From Candidatus Arthromitus sp. SFB-rat-Yit (lineage in GTDB: Bacteria > Bacillota > Clostridia > Clostridiales > Clostridiaceae), in assembly GCF_000283555.1 (NCBI RefSeq), contig NC_016012.1, positions 30,001-62,000 on the forward strand: DNA of 32,000 nt, given 5' to 3'. Every line of letters starts with the position of its first letter. Positions within the stretch are counted from its first letter, which is position 1. Positions 20,893 to 32,000 of this stretch are shown here, one piece after another. The translations under genes were made by a program, and so were the position numbers. The notes below the pieces were generated by a model. It was given only the letters and a program-made list of their open reading frames with translations, was not told the origin of the DNA and did not search any database.

Positions 20893-20922
20893 AAAGAAGA
20901 GGTAGTAATTTGCCTCTTCTTT
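20893..20922. terminator. Bidirectional terminator (end of rRNA operon 1/tRNA-Lys and of the convergent minus-strand operon)
   Basis: 10-bp stem aaagaagagg / cctcttcttt with a 10-nt loop and T-rich flanks on both strands. Overlaps the stop codon of ORF 20921..21262. Confidence 0.7.
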
Positions 20923-21262
20923 ATTTGTTTCTATATAATTTTATTCTGAGTATGTTATTTTCTAAATTAATGTTAACATAATCTGTCATAGAACCTATTA
21001 GTGATAATTCGCAATCTATATCAGATTCTCCAGTTAGATTCCAATAATATTCTTCCATTTCTGAACATCTTGGTATATTTAAAAGCTCAATAATTGTTTT
21101 AAAGTTAGATTTATCTATATTTATTTCTTCGGCTTCTAAAGTTATTATTGTTGTATGTTCCTTGTTTTTGATATTAAGGTTTATGTTTTTTGCTCCATAT
21201 TTATAAGATAACAATATGAGTTCTTCAGCTATCCTACTATTTCGTTGTCCTGAGTGTTTCAT
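20921..21262 (-). CDS. Hypothetical small cytoplasmic protein (113 aa), translationally coupled to the upstream membrane protein gene
   Basis: ORF with coherent AT-rich codon usage. Its start abuts the upstream stop (TAA ATG at 21265-21260). No family recognised by eye. Confidence 0.5.
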   Translation of the reverse strand: MKHSGQRNSRIAEELILLSYKYGAKNINLNIKNKEHTTIITLEAEEINIDKSNFKTIIELLNIPRCSEMEEYYWNLTGESDIDCELSLIGSMTDYVNINLENNILRIKLYRNK

Positions 21263-22513
21263 TTAAATATCTCCTTTTTTAAAACCATCTATTATTGGAA
21301 TTAATATTACTGCAAGTATACCTGCTATAAATCCATTATTATATAAGTTAATTCCACCACTTAAATGTCCGATATATTTCATTAAAATTAAATGTAAGCA
21401 TCCTGCTATAAAACCTATTATAGCTCCGAATTTACCGGATATTGGAGCAAGAGCGGTTGAGCCTAGACTTGTTAGTAAAATTGTAGGTGTATTTAATTGT
21501 ATATTACTTATATAAGCCGTAAAAGACACTCCAAGAGTTAATGGGATTGTATTTAAAGGATGTTTTCCGATTGATCCAAAGCCAATTATACAGAATAATA
21601 GGGCTATTGTGGGTCCATTTAAATCTCCATTTACTATGAGTATATAAGATAGAAATATGATACCGAGTATACCCATATTTAAATAAGAGGAATTTCCGTA
21701 CATTAAGTAAAAATCTGTTATAGTCCTTCCAGAGTGTTTTAATATGTTAGGAAACTTTGAATAATAAGATTTTTTAATTCCAAGTAATAGTAAAAATATT
21801 ATTAAGCTAATTATTAAAAACAATAAAATATTTTTGTATTCGATACTCCATAGTAAGTTTGGTTTGATTTCTATTTTAAAATAATTGAGTATTGATATAA
21901 TCAATATGGTTATCAATCCATTTGCAAAACCTACGTTATATAAATTGTATCCTTGATGCATTTTTAGTGTGAACTTAGCTAGTGGAGGAATTATCATACC
22001 TACAAATATAGAAATTGATATAGATATTAATAAAGTTATATAGGAATTAAGATTTAATATTTTAAAAATTTCACTAGATATTGGAGAAACGGATGTAGAT
22101 AGAGTTGCGATAAGAATATAGTTTGAAAAACTTTCTCTTTGAATTTTAGAATAAAAATATACACCTATTATTGTAGGCCAAATATTTATAAAATTTTTAC
22201 CAACCATAGCAAATCCAAGAGTTAACCATAATGACATTATCATTGATCCTGTTTCTTTTGTTTTATTAATTTTATATAACAATAAAATTAATAGTGAGGT
22301 TATAGAAGCATTTAATAAGGTAGCACCAATACCACTTACATACATATAGTCAGTAAGAAGTATGCTACGAGTTGTAATTATATTTTTTATCCCTATAAAA
22401 AGATCTTTATATGGTGTTATGAAAATTCCTATAGATCCTATAAATAAAAAAATAATTAGATGTACAGTATATACATCTAGTTTTCTTTTATATAGATTTA
22501 AATCAAAATTCAT
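21263..22513 (-). CDS. Polytopic integral membrane protein (about 11-12 predicted TM helices; possibly DUF1576 family)
   Basis: 416 aa of alternating hydrophobic segments. The family name is a recollection, not verified. Confidence 0.55.
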   Translation of the reverse strand: MNFDLNLYKRKLDVYTVHLIIFLFIGSIGIFITPYKDLFIGIKNIITTRSILLTDYMYVSGIGATLLNASITSLLILLLYKINKTKETGSMIMSLWLTLGFAMVGKNFINIWPTIIGVYFYSKIQRESFSNYILIATLSTSVSPISSEIFKILNLNSYITLLISISISIFVGMIIPPLAKFTLKMHQGYNLYNVGFANGLITILIISILNYFKIEIKPNLLWSIEYKNILLFLIISLIIFLLLLGIKKSYYSKFPNILKHSGRTITDFYLMYGNSSYLNMGILGIIFLSYILIVNGDLNGPTIALLFCIIGFGSIGKHPLNTIPLTLGVSFTAYISNIQLNTPTILLTSLGSTALAPISGKFGAIIGFIAGCLHLILMKYIGHLSGGINLYNNGFIAGILAVILIPIIDGFKKGDI

Positions 22514-22515
22514 AT

Positions 22516-23220
22516 TTATATTTGAATGATTAGGTTTTTTAAAATTAAATATGAGTTTTTAGATGCGTCGTTTAAAAATTTATAGAATTCATGTCCAGCA
22601 ATATTTCCACCATTATCTGATATTGATCTTATAATTATATAAGGGATATTGTTTAGATAACATGTTTGAGCTATTGCTCCACTTTCCATTTCACAAGCAA
22701 GTGCATTAAAATCATTTTTTAGTTTATTTGATATTTTATCATCAGATATAAATTGATCTCCTGTTATAATTCTGCCTACATGGAATTTAAAATCAATACC
22801 AGTATTTGAAATATTTTCACACACAGACTTTGATAAATTTATTAGAGAATTATCACATTTAAATGAATAAGTACCAATATTTGGTATTTCACCTAATCTA
22901 TATCCAAAATTACAAACATTAAAATCGTGTTGTATTAAATCGTTTGCTATAACAACATCTTTAAATTTAACATTTTCATCAATGCCTCCAGCAACACCGC
23001 TATTTATAATGTGTGTACACTTGAATTCAGAAATTAAAACTTGAGTACATATAGCTGAATTTACTTTACCAATTCCACAAACAACACCTACTATATCTTT
23101 TCCATAAAGTTTCCCTGAAATAAATTCTAAGTTTATTTTGTTAGTTATTGATGCATTGTTTATATCGTTTGATATGAGTTCAAACTCTTCTTTCATAGCA
23201 CATATTATTCCTATTTTCAT
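22516..23220 (-). CDS. mtnN: 5'-methylthioadenosine/S-adenosylhomocysteine nucleosidase
   Basis: MKIGIICAMKEE..., SGVAGG, ACEMESGAIAQTC and IIRSISD motifs. I prefer the ATG at 23220 because the aaggaga SD sits directly against the first ATG at 23226 and 6 nt before the second. Confidence 0.88.
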   Translation of the reverse strand: MKIGIICAMKEEFELISNDINNASITNKINLEFISGKLYGKDIVGVVCGIGKVNSAICTQVLISEFKCTHIINSGVAGGIDENVKFKDVVIANDLIQHDFNVCNFGYRLGEIPNIGTYSFKCDNSLINLSKSVCENISNTGIDFKFHVGRIITGDQFISDDKISNKLKNDFNALACEMESGAIAQTCYLNNIPYIIIRSISDNGGNIAGHEFYKFLNDASKNSYLILKNLIIQI

Positions 23221-23341
23221 TATCATTCTCCTTTATTATTTTTAAATAAATTATAATAAAATATAGATGATATATACAAGAAAAATATATTTTGTGATAG
23301 AATATGTAAGTGGAATTTAAGTTTATAGGAGTGATTATTCT

Positions 23342-24106
23342 ATGATTCAACATGCTTTATCAAGAATGGAATTGATTATAGGTACTGAAGCATTAAAAAG
23401 TTTAAGGGGTAAAAAAGTTGTTGTATTAGGACTTGGCGGAGTTGGATCTTATAGTGTTGAAGCTTTAGCAAGAGCAGGCGTAGGCAATATTGTTATAGTT
23501 GATGACGATACAGTATGTTTAACTAATTTAAATAGACAACTTCATGCTGTTTATAAAACAATTGGTAAGTTTAAGACTATGGTTATGAAGGAAAGGGTTG
23601 AAAGTATAAGTAAAAAAATTAATGTTATTGAAATTATAAAAACAGTTACTAAAGATAATATAGCAGAAATTATAGATAGTGATGTTGATTATGTTATAGA
23701 TGCTTTGGATACAATAACGGCTAAAATCGCATTAGCAGAATATTGTGAAAAAAATAATATTAATTTAATTAGTTGTATGGGTACAGGAAATAAATTAGAT
23801 CCTACTCAGTTTAAAATTACTGATATATATCAAACTAAGAATTGTCCTTTGTGTAAGGTTATGAGATATGAACTTAGAAAAAGAGGAGTGAAAAAATTAA
23901 AAGTAGTGTTTTCGGAAGAGAAGCCTAAAAAACCTAAAATGAGTGAAGTGGCTAATTGTATTACGGGGTGTGTATGTAATTATGATAATGGTAGAAGCTG
24001 TACAAATAAAAGGCAAATACCTGGAAGTATTTCATTTGTACCACCAGTAGCAGGATTTATATTAGCAGGAGAGGTTATTAATACATTTTTAGACAAAAAA
24101 CAATAA
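23342..24106 (+). CDS. tcdA: ThiF-family tRNA threonylcarbamoyladenosine dehydratase (TcdA/CsdL-like)
   Basis: 254 aa. GLGGVGSYSVEALARAGVGNIVIVDDDTVCLTNLNRQ is the Rossmann/E1-like motif. Size and C-terminal Cys motifs are as in TcdA. Confidence 0.8.
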   Translation: MIQHALSRMELIIGTEALKSLRGKKVVVLGLGGVGSYSVEALARAGVGNIVIVDDDTVCLTNLNRQLHAVYKTIGKFKTMVMKERVESISKKINVIEIIKTVTKDNIAEIIDSDVDYVIDALDTITAKIALAEYCEKNNINLISCMGTGNKLDPTQFKITDIYQTKNCPLCKVMRYELRKRGVKKLKVVFSEEKPKKPKMSEVANCITGCVCNYDNGRSCTNKRQIPGSISFVPPVAGFILAGEVINTFLDKKQ

Positions 24107-24122
24107 AAAAATAAAAAAAGTA

Positions 24123-24152
24123 TTGACATAGGGGAGGTAAGTTTGGTACTAT
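24123..24152 (+). promoter_or_regulatory. rRNA operon 2 promoter with upstream A-tract
   Basis: Identical to 15902..15931. The -35 element begins 16 nt after the tcdA stop codon. Confidence 0.65.
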
Positions 24153-24255
24153 GAGTTAGTTGGCTGGTAGAAGCCGAGAGATATTAGATAGATCATTGAC
24201 AATTGAATAGGGAAGAGGAAACGAGAAAGTCAACGTTAATTTTGAGAGAATGAGA

Positions 24256-25782
<1,527 letters not shown>

Positions 25783-25959
25783 AATGAAAGAGAGAACTTT
25801 TTCCTATTCAATTGTGAGTGACCTAATAATATAGAGGTTACTTAATAAAAGAAATAAAGATCTTTGAAAATTGTATATAAATAGTAAATAATGCGAAAGG
25901 TAGCAAGTTAAATTATTAGCAATAGTAATTTAAGAGCTGGAAAAAATATATAACAAATA

Positions 25960-28851
<2,892 letters not shown>

Positions 28852-28910
28852 AAATACTTAGCAAGTTATTATTTATATACAATTTTGAGAGATTAAAATA
28901 TTTCTCAGTA

Positions 28911-29026
28911 TCTGGTGATTATAACGTGTAGGTAACACCCCTATCCATACCGAACAGGAAGGTTAAGCTACACTGTGCTGATGGTACTTTAGGGTTACCC
29001 CTATGGAAGAGTAAGTCATTGCCAGT
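28911..29026 (+). rRNA. rrf: 5S ribosomal RNA (operon 2)
   Basis: Identical to the operon 1 copy. Followed by a terminator instead of a tRNA. Confidence 0.9.
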
Positions 29027-29033
29027 TTGTTTC

Positions 29034-29069
29034 AGAAGTAAGAGCATCGCTCTTACTTCTTTTTGTTTT
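29034..29069. terminator. Bidirectional terminator (rRNA operon 2 and convergent femAB-family gene)
   Basis: 12-bp stem agaagtaagagc / gctcttacttct with a 3-nt loop, then ttttgtttt. The femAB-family stop codon (29053-29055) lies inside the 3' arm. Confidence 0.8.
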
Positions 29070-30405
29070 GGAATATAAAATTTCTTACATCTTTGAATTT
29101 TGGAAATATTTTTTTGAAAAATGTATATATATACTTATCTAAAATCAATGTATATTCACCTATAAATTCTACAAAATCACCATTAAACATTTTTTTAAAT
29201 CTATATAATCCATATAGTGGATTATCTTCATTTAAATCTCCAGAAACACCTCTGAAATCGTATATAGAACAATTATTATCTATGCTATCTTTAATCATTT
29301 CGTATTGCATTAAGAAGTTTGGCATTGTATCTCTTAAAATATTGTGAGAGGCACCATATAAATACCAAGCTTTATTACCCCATGTTAAGTATATTGCTCC
29401 TGATAAGTATATTTCTTTGTTTTTGTATATGGAAATGGTGTTTAATTTGTTTTCAAGAGATGTTAATTGAAGTTCGTTATTTTTAATTTCTTTAGTCTTA
29501 CTTTCTATTTTGGATTTAAGTTTAATAATTTTTTTCTCATCATTTTCACATTTTAGTGATTCTTGCAAATTATATAATTTTGAATGTGAATTATTTAAAT
29601 TTAATTTACATTCATTTAATTTTTTATAGATATTTTTTTTATCAGCCTCATAAGAATATTTTACCAAATAAAGTTTACAGTAGGGATTTAAAGTTTTTAA
29701 CATATTAAAAAAGTAATCTTTTTTTCTAACTATAAAATTATCACGCTTGCCTGTTATATCCATAAGCTCTTGAAAAATTTCAAGTTTATTTTCTTTTAAT
29801 GTATCAAAAGTATAGCTTTCAACACTAAGTCCTCGTTCAATTCCAAGTTTTATGTTATATCTTGCTTTACTTGAAAATTTATTTAGGATATTTAGTTTAA
29901 TTTCTTCATTTGTTTTATTTTCAGAGTTTGTATCCAGGTTTAGTCTAAATACAAAATTTGGTTGAATATTTTCAAAGTTTTTTGAGCTATTTTCAATATA
30001 ACCAAGTTTTTTAAGATTTAATATTATATCTGCATTTTTTGTTACCTCATTAGTGTTTTCTTTAATGTGTATATCTGGATCTATTGTAATAAAAGCTATT
30101 TTATTTTTTTTAGCATATGAATTGAGATAAGAAGTAAATTCATCTAAAATTGAAAAGTTTGTATAATCACATATAAAACCACGAGGTATATATGCAATAT
30201 TTTTATTTAATATTGGTAATTTTCTTATAAGCATAATACATGATAAAACAATATTATTTTTATTATCTAATCCTATTATTGATTTACTTGTCCACTCTTT
30301 TTTAAAACTTCCCCAATATGTAGTTTGAAAAATATGCCCTTTAGGAGAATTAAATGAAAATTTATTTAATTCTTCAGAGCTACCTTCTTTAAAGCTATAA
30401 GTCAT
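29053..30405 (-). CDS. FemAB-family peptidoglycan interpeptide aminoacyltransferase
   Basis: 450 aa. It has the two GNAT-like halves typical of FemA/FemX, with a central Lys/Glu/Asn-rich helical insertion (…KLNECKLNLNNSHSKLYNLQESLK…). The C-terminal part has AWYLYGAS and LYRFK motifs. Confidence 0.8.
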   Translation of the reverse strand: MTYSFKEGSSEELNKFSFNSPKGHIFQTTYWGSFKKEWTSKSIIGLDNKNNIVLSCIMLIRKLPILNKNIAYIPRGFICDYTNFSILDEFTSYLNSYAKKNKIAFITIDPDIHIKENTNEVTKNADIILNLKKLGYIENSSKNFENIQPNFVFRLNLDTNSENKTNEEIKLNILNKFSSKARYNIKLGIERGLSVESYTFDTLKENKLEIFQELMDITGKRDNFIVRKKDYFFNMLKTLNPYCKLYLVKYSYEADKKNIYKKLNECKLNLNNSHSKLYNLQESLKCENDEKKIIKLKSKIESKTKEIKNNELQLTSLENKLNTISIYKNKEIYLSGAIYLTWGNKAWYLYGASHNILRDTMPNFLMQYEMIKDSIDNNCSIYDFRGVSGDLNEDNPLYGLYRFKKMFNGDFVEFIGEYTLILDKYIYTFFKKIFPKFKDVRNFIFQNKKK

Positions 30406-30521
30406 TTAAGAACTCCTTCCAACTATACTCAGTTAATAGTATATAGTAAAAAAAAAACATTTTCAATAAAAGGGAATTATAATATAATCTTTATGAATTA
30501 ATTTATATGAGAGGATTTTAT

Positions 30522-31352
30522 ATGGGTTTATATATAATAGGAACTCCAATAGGAAATATGAAAGATATTACTTATAGAGCTATAGAGATACTTAATGAAT
30601 GTGATGTTATATTATGTGAAGATACAAGGTGTTCTCTTAAACTTTTAAATTATTATGGTATAAAGAAAAAGTTAATATCTTATCATAAGTTTAATGAATT
30701 TAAAATTTTAGATAGGATTATATTAGATATTAAATGTGGTAATAAATATGGAATTATAAGTGATGCGGGTATGCCTTGCATAAGTGATCCAGGTCAAATT
30801 CTCGTTAATAAATGTATAGAAGAAGGAATACATGTAGATGTTATACCGGGAGCTTGTGCGGTTATAAATGGGAAAATATTAAGTGGATTTTATAATGAGA
30901 TGTTTACGTTTATAGGTTTTCTTCCAAAGGAATCTAAAAAGTTAAGAGATAAAATAAACTTAATTAAAAATATTAAAACAGTTCTTGTAATCTATGAATC
31001 GCCACATAGACTTATAAAGACTTTGAATATACTTGGAGATGAGTTTGGTAGGGAAACTTCTATATATATAGGAAGAGAATTGACAAAGATGTTTGAAGAG
31101 AATTTTAGAGGTACAATTGATGATTCAATAAAATATTTTTCAAATGACAAAATTAGGGGGGAATATGTAATTTGTATAGAAAATAATGAAAAGATTGAAG
31201 TCATAGAAGATATTCAAATAATAGAAGAGTTTATAAAAAATAGGAATCTAGGGATAACAAATAAAGATAATATAAATAAGATATGTAATGAATATGGTAT
31301 AAAGAAAAATTATGTATATAAATTGGTTACAAAAGAAATCAACCTCACATAA
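30522..31352 (+). CDS. rsmI: 16S rRNA (cytidine1402-2'-O)-methyltransferase
   Basis: GLYIIGTPIGNMKDITYRAIEILNECDVILCEDTR is the RsmI/tetrapyrrole-methylase N-terminus. I prefer the ATG at 30522 (gagagga SD 7 nt upstream) over the track start at 30507. Confidence 0.88.
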   Translation: MGLYIIGTPIGNMKDITYRAIEILNECDVILCEDTRCSLKLLNYYGIKKKLISYHKFNEFKILDRIILDIKCGNKYGIISDAGMPCISDPGQILVNKCIEEGIHVDVIPGACAVINGKILSGFYNEMFTFIGFLPKESKKLRDKINLIKNIKTVLVIYESPHRLIKTLNILGDEFGRETSIYIGRELTKMFEENFRGTIDDSIKYFSNDKIRGEYVICIENNEKIEVIEDIQIIEEFIKNRNLGITNKDNINKICNEYGIKKNYVYKLVTKEINLT

Positions 31353-31368
31353 ATTTTAAAGTGAGGTT
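31341..31368. terminator. Hairpin between convergent rsmI and abrB
   Basis: 8-bp stem aacctcac / gtgaggtt with a 12-nt loop. It includes the rsmI stop. The T-rich tail is on the minus strand only. Confidence 0.45.
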
Positions 31369-31373
31369 GTGTA

Positions 31374-31616
31374 TCATACATTATTTATTTCTAATAAACA
31401 ATTATTACATATATTTTTGTCCTTAAACGTAGTTATGTCTTTAGAGTTACCACAAAATACACACGCTGGTTCATATTTTTTAAGAATTATGTGATTTCTA
31501 TCTACATATATTTCCAGTGAATCCTTCTCACCTATATCAAGTGTTCTTCTAAGTTCTATTGGAATAACAATACGTCCTAGTTCATCTACTTTTCTAACAA
31601 CACCAGTTGATTTCAT
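31374..31616 (-). CDS. abrB: AbrB/SpoVT-family transition-state regulator with Cys-rich C-terminus
   Basis: MKSTGVVRKVDELGRIVIPIELRRTLDIGEKDSLEIYVD is near-identical in pattern to the AbrB swapped-hairpin N-domain. The C-terminus carries CVFC...CNNC. The gene ends in TGA. Confidence 0.9.
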   Translation of the reverse strand: MKSTGVVRKVDELGRIVIPIELRRTLDIGEKDSLEIYVDRNHIILKKYEPACVFCGNSKDITTFKDKNICNNCLLEINNV

Positions 31617-31664
31617 GTAAATCCTCCCAAACTAAATAATTTTTACCTATCAACTATAAACATA

Positions 31665-31693
31665 AATATACATTTTTTTAAAATAATTGTCAA
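31665..31693 (-). promoter_or_regulatory. Putative sigma-A promoter of abrB
   Basis: On the minus strand: ttgaca (31693-31688), 17-nt spacer ending in tg, tatatt (31670-31665). A gggagga SD lies upstream of the ATG. Confidence 0.55.
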
Positions 31694-31720
31694 CATTTTA
31701 CAATACAAAAAATGACAAAA

Positions 31721-31748
31721 AAAGACTATATCTTAAAGATATAGTCTT
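31721..31748 (-). terminator. Rho-independent terminator of the HesB-like gene
   Basis: Perfect 28-nt palindrome aaagactatatctt/aagatatagtcttt immediately after the TAA stop. On the minus strand it is followed by tttttttgtcatttttt. Confidence 0.75.
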
Positions 31749-31749
31749 T

Positions 31750-32000
31750 TTAACATGATGAATGTTTAGATTTAACCTTAAAAGTTGTTCCTATAAAATT
31801 TTTGGAATGAGATATTGTAGATTCATCTAAAAATTCTTCAAATTCATTATCAACAACTATAGTTAAATCATTTACATTAACGATAATATCATTAGCATTT
31901 ATTTGTTCATCCAGAACAATTGAAAAAGAAGGGCCTCCTCAGCCAAAGCCAGCCATATTAATCCGTATATATTTTTTAGATTTTTTTGATAATTGTGCTT
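31750..32000 (-). CDS. HesB/IscA-like small protein with in-frame TGA at the conserved Cys position (candidate selenoprotein, or nonsense pseudogene); N-terminus beyond the right edge
   Basis: Own translation (not in ORF track): AQLSKKSKKYIRINMAGFG-TGA(31939-31941)-GGPSFSIVLDEQINANDIIVNVNDLTIVVDNEFEEFLDESTISHSKNFIGTTFKVKSKHSSC-TAA. The frame is open and family-like on both sides of the TGA. Confidence 0.55.
31903..31919 (-). promoter_or_regulatory. Candidate bacterial SECIS-like hairpin downstream of the in-frame TGA
   Basis: In the mRNA, a 6-bp stem UUGUUC/GAACAA with apical loop UGGAU. The loop starts about 26 nt after the UGA. The stem is short and AT-rich, so this is weak evidence. Confidence 0.3.

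Noticed and set aside
30507-30521. Five-codon N-terminal extension of rsmI (MRGFY), and similarly the two-codon extension of mtnN at 23221..23226
   Set aside because: In both cases the Shine-Dalgarno-like sequence lies inside or directly against the upstream ATG and is correctly spaced for the downstream ATG.

Overview
This is 32 kb from a very AT-rich, Clostridia-like Firmicute chromosome. The assignment rests on 16S/23S/5S content and on Bacillus/Clostridium-type synteny (tadA, tRNA-Ser, SRP RNA, dnaX, ybaB, recR, rrn). Contents: (i) 1 to about 2265 is a visibly GC-richer alkylation-repair remnant: a partial MGMT gene, a decayed adaA-like gene, an intact alkA-like glycosylase and a decayed AraC-family gene. 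(ii) It ends abruptly against an orphan C-terminal fragment of a type I restriction hsdR gene. (iii) 3.5-10.1 kb is one long minus-strand block: proS, two paralogous lipoproteins, an MBOAT + AlgX/AlgJ-like O-acyltransferase pair and a split chromate-transporter pair. (iv) Next come housekeeping genes and small RNAs: tRNA-Arg, a CorC/HlyC transporter, tadA, tRNA-Ser, SRP RNA, dnaX, ybaB and recR. (v) Two apparently identical 4.93-kb rRNA operons lie in direct orientation 8221 bp apart. They flank tRNA-Lys, a small ORF coupled to a polytopic membrane protein, mtnN and tcdA. (vi) The right end holds a FemAB-family gene, rsmI, abrB and a partial HesB-like gene with an in-frame TGA at the conserved Cys position (candidate selenoprotein, absent from the ORF track). 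I saw no CRISPR array, no intact mobile element and no convincing novel multi-gene system. The most unusual items are the TGA-containing HesB-like gene and the composition/pseudogene junction near 2265. All coordinates of RNA ends, promoters and hairpins were read by eye and are approximate.
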